Shown: piece after piece, positions 27,410-37,979 of the stretch
Layout of the letters: every line of letters starts with the position of its first letter
How positions within the stretch are numbered: the stretch's first letter is position 1
Assembly (NCBI GenBank): GCA_038245905.1
Contig: JBBRRY010000008.1
Location: 1-64,000, forward strand
Length of the DNA stretch: 64,000 bases
DNA from: Thermoanaerobaculia bacterium
GTDB lineage: Bacteria > Acidobacteriota > Thermoanaerobaculia > UBA5066
Direction: 5' to 3'
Position numbers and translations under genes: made by a program
The notes under the pieces: model-generated
The model's database searches: none
Told to the model about the DNA's origin: nothing
Seen by the model: the letters and a program-made list of their open reading frames with translations, nothing else

Positions 27410-28681
27410 ATGAGCCGCCCCTCCGTGTTCTCCGCGCGCCGCGCGCGCTTTTTCGACGCGATGAAGGAAGGCGTGGCGGTGCTCTTCGCGGCGCCCGAGG
27501 CCGCGTTCGGTCACGACGTGCACTACCGCTACCGGCCCGATCCGGATCTCTACTATCTGACCGGTTTTCGGGAGCCGGACGCGGTCGCCGTCCTGGACGC
27601 GGATCGGAAGAGGTTCACGCTCTTCGTGCGGCCGAAGGACCGCACGAAAGAGACGTGGGAAGGCCGCCGTTCCGGCCCCCAGGGTGCGGCGCGCGATTTC
27701 GGCGCCGAAGCGGCCCATCCGATCGCCGAATTGCCGCGGCGGCTGCCCGACCTGCTCCGGCGCGCCCGGGTCCTCCACTACGCGTTCGGGAGCCACGCGG
27801 AGGGCGACCGCACGGTGGCGGGCCTTCTCGCGCGTTTCCGCCGCGAAGCGCGAGATCCAAAGCGCGGCCCGACGGACGTTCGCGACACGACCGATCTCCT
27901 TCACGCGATGCGGCTCGTGAAGACGCCGGACGAGATCGCGCTCATGCAGCGCGCCGCGACCATCGCGGCCGCCGCGCACCGCGACGCCAGGCGCCTGGCG
28001 AAGCCCGGTCTCTTCGAATACCAGATCGAGGCGGCCATCGACCGCCGCTTCCGGGCGATGGGGGCGACCGGGCCCGCCTATCCCACGATCGTGGCGTCCG
28101 GCGACAATGCGACGATCCTCCACTACATCGAGAACTCCCGGCGCCTCGCCGCCGGCGACCTCGTCCTCGTGGACGCGGGTTGCGAGGTCGAGGGTTATGC
28201 GTCCGACGTGACGCGCACGTTTCCTGTATCGGGGCGATTCACTCGCCCGCAGAAACGGCTCTACGGCGCTGTCCTCGCGGCGCAAGTGGGCGCCATCGCG
28301 GCCGTGAAGCCCGGCGTGGCCTGGGACGCGCTGCACGCGGCTGCTCGCGAGATCCTGCTCGACGCGCTGATCGACTTCGGCCTCCTCCGCGGGCGGCGCG
28401 CGACCCTGAAGAGAAAGAACGCCGCGCAGCGGTTCGCGCTCCATCACACCTCGCACTGGCTCGGTCTCGACGTCCACGATCGCGGCCGCTATCGCGACGA
28501 CGCGGGCGCCCCGAGAAAGCTGGAGCCGGGGATGGTGCTCACGGTCGAGCCCGGCCTATACGTGCGCCCCAACGAAAAGAGCGTCCCGAAGGAGTATCTC
28601 GGGATCGGCATCCGCATCGAGGACGACGTCCTCGTGACAGAATCCGGCTCGCGCGTCCTCACGGACGGCGCCCCGAAGTGA
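27410..28681 (+). CDS. pepP: Xaa-Pro aminopeptidase (M24B)
   Basis: YYLTGFREP, LHY, DAGCE, SDVTRTFP, HWLGLDVHD, TVEPGLY, GIRIEDD. Confidence 0.92.
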   Translation: MSRPSVFSARRARFFDAMKEGVAVLFAAPEAAFGHDVHYRYRPDPDLYYLTGFREPDAVAVLDADRKRFTLFVRPKDRTKETWEGRRSGPQGAARDFGAEAAHPIAELPRRLPDLLRRARVLHYAFGSHAEGDRTVAGLLARFRREARDPKRGPTDVRDTTDLLHAMRLVKTPDEIALMQRAATIAAAAHRDARRLAKPGLFEYQIEAAIDRRFRAMGATGPAYPTIVASGDNATILHYIENSRRLAAGDLVLVDAGCEVEGYASDVTRTFPVSGRFTRPQKRLYGAVLAAQVGAIAAVKPGVAWDALHAAAREILLDALIDFGLLRGRRATLKRKNAAQRFALHHTSHWLGLDVHDRGRYRDDAGAPRKLEPGMVLTVEPGLYVRPNEKSVPKEYLGIGIRIEDDVLVTESGSRVLTDGAPK

Positions 28682-28701
28682 CCGGGAGCCGGGACTGAAC
28701 C

Positions 28702-29982
28702 CTACGGCAAGGACGCCGGTTCGGCCCAGACGTCCTTCAGGAGCTCCGTCGCGAGACCCGCGCGGTTTTCGAGAAGGGCGCGCGCCGAGAAGAGGATGTG
28801 GCCCGTGACACCGGGCTGCGCGCGGGTGCGGCGGATCTGCTCGACGATCTCCTTCGCCGGCCAGCCCTTCCCCTCTTCTCCCACGCGGCTCGCGGCAATA
28901 CCCGGCCAAAGGGCACGGAGCGGGGGGGCTTGCGCCGCCCACCACGCGAGGAGCGCCGGAAAGCTCTGCTCTTTAGGGTCGATGGGCCAGTAGAGCTGCG
29001 GCGCGAGGTAGTCGACCCAGCCGCGCTGGATCCACGTCCGCGCGTCGGCCGAGATCTCCTCGTACGCGTCGAATCCCTTCACCTGCGCCGGGCGTCCGGG
29101 CCGCCAGATGCCGAACGGGCTGATGCCCACACGCACGGAAGGCTTCAGGGCCTTCACCTCGTCGTGCAGGCGCTTCACGAACCGGTTCACGTTCCACCGG
29201 CGCCAGTCCTCCCGCCCGAGGGCGCCTCCCGACGCCACGTACTTCCCGAAGCTCGGCCCATCCGGAAACTCCAGGACGTTCCCGGCCCCGTCTTTCTCGG
29301 GATAGGGATAGAAATAATCGTCGAGGTGAACGCCATCGACGTCGTAGCGCTTCACGACATCGAGAACGACCGCGAGCGAGTGCGCCGCGACGTCCTCCTC
29401 GCCCGGATCCAGCCAGAGCTGTTTCCCGTATGTCTTCACGAGGTCCGGACGGCTCCGCGAGAGGTGCGTCGTCGCGGCGCGCGCGCGCGAGGACGTCGTG
29501 CGCGCCCGGTACGGATTGAACCAGGCGTGGAGCTCCATCCCGCGCGCGTGCGCTTCGGCGATCGCGAAGGCGAGAGGATCCCAGAAGGGCTCGGGCGGGA
29601 CTCCCTCGGTGCCGCTCAGGACCTCCGACCACGGCTCGAGCGCGGACGGATAGAGCGCGTCCGCGGAGGACCGCACCTGGAAGATCACCGCGTTCGCGTG
29701 CAGCGCGGCCAGGGTGTCGAGAAGGAACACGAGCTCCTGCTTCTGGCGAGCGGGCGGAAGGCCCGGCGCCGACGGCCAGTCGAGGTTCGAGACGGTGGCC
29801 ACCCAAACGCCGCGAAACTCGCGGCACGTGGAGCCGGGCGCCGGCGCCCGCGACTGCTCTCGAGGCTGCACTCGAGGAAACACGCCCGGCACCCGGGCAG
29901 GCGCCGGAGACGGTGCTCCGCAACCGGCGAGAAGCGGGGCCGCGAACACCGTCGCACGGAGGAGAAAGCTCGAGCCTTTCAA
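28702..29982 (-). CDS. GHL10 (YddW/DigH-like) glycoside hydrolase lipoprotein
   Basis: TTG start overlapping the upstream stop; lipobox LLAGC; EFRGVWVATVSNLDWPS, HAWFNPYR, DDYFYPY, GISPFG, PQLYW. Confidence 0.88.
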   Translation of the reverse strand: MKGSSFLLRATVFAAPLLAGCGAPSPAPARVPGVFPRVQPREQSRAPAPGSTCREFRGVWVATVSNLDWPSAPGLPPARQKQELVFLLDTLAALHANAVIFQVRSSADALYPSALEPWSEVLSGTEGVPPEPFWDPLAFAIAEAHARGMELHAWFNPYRARTTSSRARAATTHLSRSRPDLVKTYGKQLWLDPGEEDVAAHSLAVVLDVVKRYDVDGVHLDDYFYPYPEKDGAGNVLEFPDGPSFGKYVASGGALGREDWRRWNVNRFVKRLHDEVKALKPSVRVGISPFGIWRPGRPAQVKGFDAYEEISADARTWIQRGWVDYLAPQLYWPIDPKEQSFPALLAWWAAQAPPLRALWPGIAASRVGEEGKGWPAKEIVEQIRRTRAQPGVTGHILFSARALLENRAGLATELLKDVWAEPASLP

Positions 29983-31508
29983 CGCTTTAGTGCACGGCGC
30001 AGCGCCGGGCCTCCCTCCTGGACGGCGTCTGAAGGCAGCCATCGGCGGACGACTCCCTCATCCGTGACGACGCACTGCGGTCCCGGAATCAAGCGGAGCT
30101 CCCCGGAGAGCCTCCGGTTGCGGTCGAGGCTGTGATAAGGAATGAAACGGACACGTTCGTCGCTCAGGAACTGGAGCGTATAGGCCGTGTCGTATCCCGC
30201 GTGACAGATGGTGTAGCCCTCCTCGAAGATCGTCTCGAGCGGCGCCCGGAGATCGGGCTCGAGAAGAATGTCGTCGACGACACCGCGCGCCCGCCGCCAG
30301 AGGAAGAAGGTTGCCGCGACCGCGAGCCCCCCGAGCATGAGTGCGACAAGGGCGGACGGAATTCTACGGCGCAGGAGCCGCGCCGCCTCCGTGAAGGAGA
30401 CCAGGAGGAACGCGATCGCGGCCGGAAGGGCCGGCGCAAGGTAACGATCCCCTAACGCATCCAGGCCTTTGAGGAAGGAGACCACGGCGCCGAATCCGAC
30501 GATGGCCGCCACCAGGTCGAGACCCTCTGGAGTGAGCGGCCCGGTTCGAAGACGGCCCGCGAGGCGCCGTCGATACCGGAAGAAGACGAGACTCAGAAGG
30601 GCCATGGCCACCGGGGCGAGAATCGCCGGCGGCAGCAGGCCGTCGAGCCCGACGAACCGCCACGCGTCCGTTCCGAGGAACCGCGCGGTGCGGGCCGGAA
30701 GATCGGACGCCAGCCACCGCGTAAGGAACGGACCTTCGGCCGGCTCGTACCATCCCAGCAAACGGCCCAGCCAGACGGGGAAATAGCCGAGAACGACTCC
30801 CGCGAGCACCGGCGTCAAAAAGCGCGCCCAGCCGCGCCCCGAGGACGCGGCGCGAACGAGGGCGAGGACCGCAACCGGCAGGAAGACGAAGACGATCGTC
30901 TGGTTCATCCACCAGCCGACTCCCGCGAGGAGCCCCAGGACGAAATGACCTATGGGGCGATCCAGGAAAGGACGCGGCCTGGTCAGGGCGCCGGCCGCGA
31001 GGAAAAAAAGTACCGATCCCAGCGCGAAGGACATCTCGGGTCCCAATCCGCTCCGGTATACGGCCGAGAGGTGTACGAAATGGGGCGGGCCGATTGCCAA
31101 CCAGATTCCGGTCGCAGTCGCGATCGGCCACCCGAAGAGCCGCGCGAATGCAAGGAAGTAAAGGCAGATCCCGAAGGCGATCTCGCTCATGCAGGCGAGG
31201 CGCAGCGAGATCGGCCCGCCCTCCGCTCCGACGCCGGCCGGATCCAGAACCGTCCTGCGAATGACCGCGGCAAGCGTGGGCGTCAGCGGGCCCATGTAGT
31301 TCTGTCCCCAGAAAAACACGTCGAAGCCCTTCCCGTCGTGAATCTTCTTGGACATCAGGCCGAAGATCCCGCTGTCGCCGTTCCAGCCCCGGGCAGATCC
31401 TTCCTTCGTCAGGAGCGGGAGCCGGACGAGGACGACAACGGCAAGGATCGCTCCGATCGACGCCGCGCTCTGGAGCGCCGGTCTCCCGCCCGTTCCGAAA
31501 GGCTGCAC
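29979..31508 (-). CDS. Multi-pass membrane protein, probable GT-C (ArnT/PMT-like) glycosyltransferase
   Basis: N-terminal TM followed by NGDSG..GLM and FFWGQNYMG; many TM helices; RYLAP motif; start uncertain. Confidence 0.55.
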   Translation of the reverse strand: MQPFGTGGRPALQSAASIGAILAVVVLVRLPLLTKEGSARGWNGDSGIFGLMSKKIHDGKGFDVFFWGQNYMGPLTPTLAAVIRRTVLDPAGVGAEGGPISLRLACMSEIAFGICLYFLAFARLFGWPIATATGIWLAIGPPHFVHLSAVYRSGLGPEMSFALGSVLFFLAAGALTRPRPFLDRPIGHFVLGLLAGVGWWMNQTIVFVFLPVAVLALVRAASSGRGWARFLTPVLAGVVLGYFPVWLGRLLGWYEPAEGPFLTRWLASDLPARTARFLGTDAWRFVGLDGLLPPAILAPVAMALLSLVFFRYRRRLAGRLRTGPLTPEGLDLVAAIVGFGAVVSFLKGLDALGDRYLAPALPAAIAFLLVSFTEAARLLRRRIPSALVALMLGGLAVAATFFLWRRARGVVDDILLEPDLRAPLETIFEEGYTICHAGYDTAYTLQFLSDERVRFIPYHSLDRNRRLSGELRLIPGPQCVVTDEGVVRRWLPSDAVQEGGPALRRALKR

Positions 31509-31524
31509 GTCGCGCGACGGCCCT

Positions 31525-33675
31525 TTACTTCGCGAGTCCGAACTGGCCGAGAAGGAACGCCCATTCGAACGCCGTCTCGTGGAGGCTGTCGTAACGGCCG
31601 GAGGCGCCACCGTGACCCGCCGCCATGTTCGTCTTCAGGAGGAGCGGATTTCGGTCTGTTTTCAGCGTCCGGAGGCGCGCCACGTATTTCGCGGGCTCGT
31701 GGTAGAAGACCTGGCTGTCGTTGAACGACGTCATCACGAGCATCGCGGGATACGGCCCCTTGTGAAGGTTCTCGTACGGACTGTATGCCTTGATCGCGTC
31801 GTACTCTTCCTTCCTCGCCGGGTTTCCCCACTCTTCGTACTCGCCGACCGTGAGCGGCAGCGTCGGATCACTCATCGTGTTCAGGACGTCGACGAACGGA
31901 ACGTGGGCGACGACGGCGTGGAAGAGGTCCGGCCGCATATTCGTGACCGCGCCCATCAGGAGGCCGCCCGCGCTCCCTCCCGAGATCGCGAGGCGGTCCT
32001 TCGCCGCGATCTTCGAGGAGACGAGGAACTCGGCGGACGCGATGAAGTCCGTGAACGTGTTCTTCTTCTTGAGCATCTTCCCGTCGTCGTGCCACTTCTT
32101 GCCCATCTCGGCGCCGCCGCGGATGTGGGCGACCGCGACGACGACGCCCCGGTCGAGGAGCGGAAGGCGGTTCGAGTTGAACGTATCGGGAATCGAGATC
32201 CCGTAGGAGCCGTAGCCGCTGAGCCACACGGGGAACGGCCCGTCCTTGAGACCGCGCGTCTTCCCGTCCGCCGTCTTCGCGCGCCACACGATCGAGATCG
32301 GGATCTTCGTGCCGTCGGACGCCGTCGCCCACAGGCGGTCGGAGGCGTAGAGGCTGCGGTCGTAACCAGGGACTTCCACCTGCTTGAGCAGCTTCTCGGT
32401 CTTCGCGTCCATGTCGTAGTCGAAGACCGAGCTCGGCGTTACGAGCGACTGGTAGCCGTACCTGAGGACGTTCGTGTCGAACACCCGGTTCGTTTCGGAG
32501 AAGACGGCATAGATCGGCTCTGGGAACGCGAGCGCATGAGAGGCCTGCGTCGTGAGGTTCCGGACGGTGATCCGCGGAAGCCCGTTCGTGCGCTCGTGAA
32601 GGACGAGGTGGTTCGCAAAGAGGTCGATTTCCTCGAGGAGGACGTCCGCGCGGTGGGGAACGATCTCCTTCCAGTTCGCCTTCCCCGGCGACGCCACGGG
32701 CGCCGTCACGAGCCGGAAGTTGCGCCCGCCGGAGTTCGTGCGGATGTAGAAGAGGTCACCGCGGTGGTCGACGTCGTACTCGTGCTCCTGCTCCCGGGGG
32801 GCGACGACAGTCCACGCGCCCGTGGGGTCGTCGGCCTTCAGCACGCGCTCCTCGGACGTCGTGTGGCTGGCCACGTTAAGGACGAGGAACGCGCGGCTCC
32901 GCGTCCGGCCGATCCCCGCGTTGAACCGCTCGTCCTTCTCCTCGTAAACGAGGACGTCCGCGGTCTGGGGCTCGAGCAGCCGGTGCCGGTACACGCGGTA
33001 GGGGCGTTTCGCGGAATCCTCGACCGCGTAGAAGAGCGTCATGTTGTCGGCCGCCCATACCGCGCTCGTCGTCTTCTCGATCCGCTCGGGCCAGAGGGCG
33101 TTCGCGCGCAGGTCCTTCACGAAAAGGGTGTACTGGCGGAAGCCCGTGTTGTCGGTCGAGTACGCGAGGAGGTTGCCGTCGTCACTCACGGCATACCGGC
33201 CGAGCGCCATGAACTTCTGGCCCTTCGCGAGCTCGTTCAGGTCGAGCGTGACGTGCTCGGACCCGTCGGGAAACTTCTTCCGGCAGTAGATCCGGTACTG
33301 CTTTCCCTTCTCCGTCCGGAAGTAGTACAGCCAATCGCCCTCGCGGTAGGGCACCGACAGGTCCGTCTCCTTGATGTGTCCCAGCAGCTCGGAATACAGC
33401 GCACCCTGGAACGCCTCGGTGGGCTTCATCACCGCGGCCGTGTATGCGTTCTCGGCCTCGAGGTAGGCAGCGACCTCTGGGTTTGGCTTGTCCCGGAGCC
33501 AGGCGTATGGGTCGGATCGGGTCTCGCCGTGCAGCGTGAGGACCTTGTCGACTTTTCTGGCGACGGGTGGAGCCGGCGCCTGAGCGGCCGGTGTCTCGTC
33601 GGCGGAGGCGGGGGGCGTCGGTATCGACATGAGTATGGCGAGGAGGAGGGACGAGGACTTCAAAGGAGACTTCAA
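31525..33675 (-). CDS. ptrB: Oligopeptidase B (S9A) with N-terminal signal-like sequence
   Basis: DPYAWLRD, YLEAENAY, GYGSYG, GGSAGG, VPFVDV, EEWGNP, AGHGGASGR; GGAGG SD before TTG 33675. Confidence 0.9.
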   Translation of the reverse strand: MKSPLKSSSLLLAILMSIPTPPASADETPAAQAPAPPVARKVDKVLTLHGETRSDPYAWLRDKPNPEVAAYLEAENAYTAAVMKPTEAFQGALYSELLGHIKETDLSVPYREGDWLYYFRTEKGKQYRIYCRKKFPDGSEHVTLDLNELAKGQKFMALGRYAVSDDGNLLAYSTDNTGFRQYTLFVKDLRANALWPERIEKTTSAVWAADNMTLFYAVEDSAKRPYRVYRHRLLEPQTADVLVYEEKDERFNAGIGRTRSRAFLVLNVASHTTSEERVLKADDPTGAWTVVAPREQEHEYDVDHRGDLFYIRTNSGGRNFRLVTAPVASPGKANWKEIVPHRADVLLEEIDLFANHLVLHERTNGLPRITVRNLTTQASHALAFPEPIYAVFSETNRVFDTNVLRYGYQSLVTPSSVFDYDMDAKTEKLLKQVEVPGYDRSLYASDRLWATASDGTKIPISIVWRAKTADGKTRGLKDGPFPVWLSGYGSYGISIPDTFNSNRLPLLDRGVVVAVAHIRGGAEMGKKWHDDGKMLKKKNTFTDFIASAEFLVSSKIAAKDRLAISGGSAGGLLMGAVTNMRPDLFHAVVAHVPFVDVLNTMSDPTLPLTVGEYEEWGNPARKEEYDAIKAYSPYENLHKGPYPAMLVMTSFNDSQVFYHEPAKYVARLRTLKTDRNPLLLKTNMAAGHGGASGRYDSLHETAFEWAFLLGQFGLAK

Positions 33676-33726
33676 AGCGTCCTCCGATCTCAGGCCAGGA
33701 GAGTAACTCACGGGCGCCGCGCCGTT

Positions 33727-34905
33727 CTAGAACGACCCGCCCGCGCCTCCCCCGCCGAAGCTGCCTCCTCCGCCCTGGAAACCCGGCTCGACGGGTGGCC
33801 GCGCCTCCGGAGCGTGCGCGGCCACGACCGGGACGAGCTCCAGCGCACGAAGGCGCGCCTCGTCGGCGAAGAGAGGCTCCGCCGTGAACCCGTTCCGCTC
33901 CGCTTCCGGGCCCTTCGAGAGCCAGCGGTTCAGCGCGAGCGCGAGGAGAACGAGGGCGCCGCCCGCGAACGTCAGGACGAGCCACGTCTCCGCAATGTGG
34001 ACGTAGTGCCGGAGCGTGATCAGGGAGAGCGCGGCCAGGAGGATTCCCGTGTCGAGCACGAACGTCCGGCGTGAGCGAATTCCCCACCAGAGGACGGCGA
34101 CGGGGAGGAACGCGGTCCCTAGAATCGACGAGATCCGCTCCCGAAAGCGCGGCCCGGGGAGTTCCAGGCCGGCGCCCCGGAGGTTCTCGACGAAGCGGTG
34201 GTCGAGCGCGTAGAGGTTCACGGCGGCGTACACACCCAGGAGCCCGGCGACGACGAGAGCGGCCGCGCATCTCCGATGGGACGGCGCCCACGAAGACCGG
34301 TCGAGGAACCGTTCGAAAAGAAACGTGAGCGCGACGCCGCAGACGACCCAGAGGAGGCGGCCCCCGGGCGCGCGCCCGAGAAGGAGGAACAGCAAGACGG
34401 CAGCGAAAAAAGCCCACACGGGGCTCCCCCAGCGCCAGGCGGCAAACGCACACGCCGTAAGCGCGGCGAGAAGGAGCAGCGTCATGCCTTCTCTCTCGCG
34501 CACTTTCAGCGTCTCCTCCAGGAACAGGAAGACGGCGGCGAGAAAGAAGACGATTCCCCAGAACGCTGTCGCGCCGGCGCCCCCGCGGAGCGCGAGAGCG
34601 GGTGACCGCTCCTGGACTTCCGCCGCGACGACGCAGAGGGCCGAAAGGAGGAAGAGGAGCAGGGGCGCGGTTCCGATCGGCGGACGGAATGCGATCAAGA
34701 ACGCCGCCGTGAGGAGCAAGAGGGCCGCCGTCACGAAGAACGCCGTCAGGAGCCTCCACAGGGGCGCCGGCAGCGGGCGTTGTTCCGGATATCGCCGGGA
34801 GATTTCTTCGAAGGTGCTCTCGTCGACGGCTCCGGCCCTCTTCCAGCCATCTGCCGCGGCGCGAACCTCCTCGACGCGCTCGAAGGCGACCCATTCACTT
34901 TTCAT
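33727..34905 (-). CDS. Multi-pass membrane protein with Gly-rich C-terminal tail
   Basis: About 10 hydrophobic segments; ends GFQGGGGSFGGGGAGGSF; overlaps the upstream gene. Confidence 0.75.
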   Translation of the reverse strand: MKSEWVAFERVEEVRAAADGWKRAGAVDESTFEEISRRYPEQRPLPAPLWRLLTAFFVTAALLLLTAAFLIAFRPPIGTAPLLLFLLSALCVVAAEVQERSPALALRGGAGATAFWGIVFFLAAVFLFLEETLKVREREGMTLLLLAALTACAFAAWRWGSPVWAFFAAVLLFLLLGRAPGGRLLWVVCGVALTFLFERFLDRSSWAPSHRRCAAALVVAGLLGVYAAVNLYALDHRFVENLRGAGLELPGPRFRERISSILGTAFLPVAVLWWGIRSRRTFVLDTGILLAALSLITLRHYVHIAETWLVLTFAGGALVLLALALNRWLSKGPEAERNGFTAEPLFADEARLRALELVPVVAAHAPEARPPVEPGFQGGGGSFGGGGAGGSF

Positions 34906-35869
34906 GGAATCCCATCCGGCGCCGAGCGAAGACGATGAAGAAGAGCGCCACAGCGGCGCTCGCGGCGGCAAGGAGGAAGGCCGCGCCCGAATCCGCATTC
35001 GACCCCTGGAAGATCACCCTCTGGAGGCCCAACCACGAGGCCACGACCGCGAGACCGAGAGGAAGCGTTCGGCCCGCGCGCAAGGCGACAAAAGCCGTCG
35101 CTCCGGCCGCGAGAAACAGGGCGAGTAGCCAGGCGCCCCATCCGTCACCTCTCTCGCCGAACACGCCCGAGAGGAGGCCGCCGAACACGAGCAGCAGGCC
35201 GGCGTTCACGTACACGTCTTCGAAGTGCGCCTTCCATTGGCGGCGAGCCGCCGCGACGCCCACGACGACGAACAGGGCCCCGCACGCGAGCGCCTCGGTG
35301 CGAAGACGCGCTGGGTCGCCGGCGCCAAGCGAGGCCCCCTTGAGGCTCACCGCGATCCCACGCCAAGCGGCAAACGACGCGAGCGCGAGGGAGAGCAACA
35401 TCTTCGAATCGAAGCGGTACGCTAGGAGCACGTAGAACACCGCGACGACGAGAAGATGCCAGGGCCAGCCCGGCCCCAGGATGCGGACCTGGGTCTCGAG
35501 ATACGCGAGATCGGTCGCGACGAGGAGAGCGCCCAGAAGAAGCACGTAGTCGAAGGCGGCATGTGTCGACGCGGCCGCCCGCCACGTGAAGGGCACGGAC
35601 CTCCGCCAGGCCCAGACGAGGCAGGCCGCCGCCGCGAGGCCGATCGCGAGCCCGATCGCCGCCGGACCTATCCGCTCCCGGTTCTCTTTCACGAAAAGGG
35701 CGATCCCGCCGGTCAGAAGAAGCACGCCGGCGTAGAGCGCAGCCCTGATCTCGAGCCGCACGGATACGAGCTCGCGCCGCGCGACGCGCGAGAAGAGTCG
35801 CGCCCGGGACTCCGTCAGCACGCCCTCTTCCCGGAGGTGCTCGACGGCCAGCACGACGTCAGGATTCAC
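34895..35869 (-). CDS. DUF2157-like membrane protein
   Basis: ELVSVRLEIRAALYAGVLLLTGG, FDYVLLLG, AYRFD; multiple TM helices. Confidence 0.7.
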   Translation of the reverse strand: MNPDVVLAVEHLREEGVLTESRARLFSRVARRELVSVRLEIRAALYAGVLLLTGGIALFVKENRERIGPAAIGLAIGLAAAACLVWAWRRSVPFTWRAAASTHAAFDYVLLLGALLVATDLAYLETQVRILGPGWPWHLLVVAVFYVLLAYRFDSKMLLSLALASFAAWRGIAVSLKGASLGAGDPARLRTEALACGALFVVVGVAAARRQWKAHFEDVYVNAGLLLVFGGLLSGVFGERGDGWGAWLLALFLAAGATAFVALRAGRTLPLGLAVVASWLGLQRVIFQGSNADSGAAFLLAAASAAVALFFIVFARRRMGFHEK

Positions 35870-35923
35870 GCTCCCAGCATACGGCCCCTTGCCCGCCGCT
35901 CTCGCCCATGTCAACCTTTGCCC

Positions 35924-36820
35924 GTGCCGCTGCGGATTCTCGTCACCGGTGCCGGGGGCCAGCTTGGAGGCGTCCTCGTGCGCGAGCTGCGCCGTGGAGG
36001 CCACGAGGTCGCGGCCTTGACGCGGGCAGCCCTGGACGTGACCAGGCCCGAGCAGGTGCTCGAGCGCGTCGGAAAGCTCCGGCCGCAGGCGGTCGTGAAC
36101 GCGACGGTCTTCGGTGTCGAGGAGTCCGAGGACGATCCGAAGACCGCACTTGCCGTGAACGCCTTCGCCGTGCGCACTCTCGCGGAGGCCTGCGAGGTTT
36201 CCAACGCGACGTTCCTCCATTTCTCGTCCGATTTCGTCTTCGACGGCACGGCGACGTCGCCGTATCGCGAGACGGACCGGCCCAATCCGGGCAGCGTCTA
36301 CGGCGCGACGAAGCTGCTCGGCGAGATCTACGCCCAGTCGGTGCCGCGGCACTTCGTCCTGCGCGTCGAGAGCCTCTTCGGTATCCGGGAAGGAAAGAGC
36401 ACGATCGACCGGATGTGCGTGGACATCCGCGCGGGCCGCACGGTGAGCGCGTTCTACGACCGCACGGTCTCTCCGGCGTTCGTGGACGACGTCGCGGCCG
36501 CGACCCGGCGCCTCCTCGAAGGGAAGGCTCCCTCGGGTATCTACCACTGCGTGAATGCCGGGTTCACCACGTGGCACGAGCTCTCCCTGGAGCTCGTGCG
36601 CCAGATTGGGAGCACCTCGAACGTCGTGCCGGTCTCCGCGGACGCACTCGCGAGCAGGGTGATCCGGCCGAAATTCGCCGCGCTCTCGAACGAGAAGCTC
36701 GCAAACCTCGGCATCGAGCTGCCCGCCTGGCAGAGCGCGCTCGGCAGGGCGCTCCTTGCGCCCTCGCCCACCGCGACGCCGATCCCGCTCTCCGGAGTCC
36801 GGCCGGCGCCGAGGCCCTAG
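35924..36820 (+). CDS. rmlD: dTDP-4-dehydrorhamnose reductase family SDR
   Basis: ILVTGAGGQLG, SSDFVFDG, YGATKLLGE, GIYH. Confidence 0.85.
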   Translation: MPLRILVTGAGGQLGGVLVRELRRGGHEVAALTRAALDVTRPEQVLERVGKLRPQAVVNATVFGVEESEDDPKTALAVNAFAVRTLAEACEVSNATFLHFSSDFVFDGTATSPYRETDRPNPGSVYGATKLLGEIYAQSVPRHFVLRVESLFGIREGKSTIDRMCVDIRAGRTVSAFYDRTVSPAFVDDVAAATRRLLEGKAPSGIYHCVNAGFTTWHELSLELVRQIGSTSNVVPVSADALASRVIRPKFAALSNEKLANLGIELPAWQSALGRALLAPSPTATPIPLSGVRPAPRP

Positions 36821-36829
36821 AGCCGGTCG

Positions 36830-37207
36830 CTAGCGCCCTGCCGCCACGAGAAACACCCAGTTCGAGACGAGCGCGAGCCCGAGCGCGATGCGAATGCCCC
36901 ACGTCGGATTCGGGACGCGCACGTCCCTCCCCAGGGCGGCCAGTCCGAGCGCGGCGATCCCTCCGATCGCGAACAGGATTCCCGCAATCGCCACGAGCGG
37001 GTTCCAGGTGAACGCGGCCAGGAGCTCGAGCCGGCCGAGGGCTAGGAGAGCCCGCGTGCCCCCGCACGTGGCGCACGGGAATCCCGTGAGCCAGTGAAAC
37101 GGGCAGGGCGGCAGTCCCTTCGCGAGAATCGGCGCAAGCGGGGCGGCCGCGGCACAGACGAGCACCGCGCCGCCCCAGAGGAACCCGAGCTGCCTGCCCG
37201 GTGTCAT
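36830..37207 (-). CDS. DUF2752 domain membrane protein
   Basis: CPFHWLTGFPCATCGGTRA, NP motif. Confidence 0.85.
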   Translation of the reverse strand: MTPGRQLGFLWGGAVLVCAAAAPLAPILAKGLPPCPFHWLTGFPCATCGGTRALLALGRLELLAAFTWNPLVAIAGILFAIGGIAALGLAALGRDVRVPNPTWGIRIALGLALVSNWVFLVAAGR

Positions 37208-37209
37208 GC

Positions 37210-37896
37210 TCAGCGGCTGAAAGCTCTCATCATCGCGGCGCCGGCGAAAATGGCGCCGACCGCGATGCACACGCAGCAGACGATCGTCGGAAGGAGGATC
37301 CCGAGGAGGGCCTTGCCTTGCGTCGTCTTGTGCATCTGCTGCGCGCCGATCACGACGAGGTACGCCGCCCACACGCCGGCCACGAGACCGCCGAGGAGCG
37401 GGACGACGTTCGCGACGTTCGCGACGCTCGCGTAGCACAGGAGACGGAACGTGCCCTCGAACTGCGATTTCGACGACGTCAGCGCCCCGACGATCATGAA
37501 CGAGACGTGGATGATCGCCGCTGCGATGAAGAGCCCGCACGCGACGAACAGGGGGCCCAGAATCACCTGGACGATGAGGGAGCTTCCTCCTCCCATCCGC
37601 GTGAGCCCCGCATACTGCGCGGGGAGCATGCTCGTGAGGCCGGCGCCGAAGATCGTTCCCCAGAGCGCCCGGAAGACGAGGCCGACCCAGCCGACGATCA
37701 CGCCGAAGAGAAGAGGCCGCACGTAGTCGCCCGTCTCCCGAGTCAGGCGCCACGCCTGCGCGGGATCCTTGATGAAGAGGAGCGCCGTGTCGAGGAAGGG
37801 CTGAGGCCCGAGGGCCTGCGTTTCCCAGGGGAGACCGCCCGAAATGGCGGGCGGCGGCACGTACGGGAGAGGGGGCGGCGGGGGCACACTCGACAT
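37210..37896 (-). CDS. YIP1-family membrane protein
   Basis: LPWE N-terminal motif, five TM segments, GAGGAGG SD. Confidence 0.75.
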   Translation of the reverse strand: MSSVPPPPPLPYVPPPAISGGLPWETQALGPQPFLDTALLFIKDPAQAWRLTRETGDYVRPLLFGVIVGWVGLVFRALWGTIFGAGLTSMLPAQYAGLTRMGGGSSLIVQVILGPLFVACGLFIAAAIIHVSFMIVGALTSSKSQFEGTFRLLCYASVANVANVVPLLGGLVAGVWAAYLVVIGAQQMHKTTQGKALLGILLPTIVCCVCIAVGAIFAGAAMMRAFSR

Positions 37897-37979
37897 GGGA
37901 CCTCCTCGATGCGGCTTCTGACTTTGTACGGTGGATCCTATCGCTGCTACGCTTGCGGGACGAAATACCGGGGGTCACC

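Noticed and set aside
33655-33677. Short tandem repeat GACTTCAAAG at the ptrB start
   Set aside because: Only two short in-frame copies; it merely makes the TTG start ambiguous.
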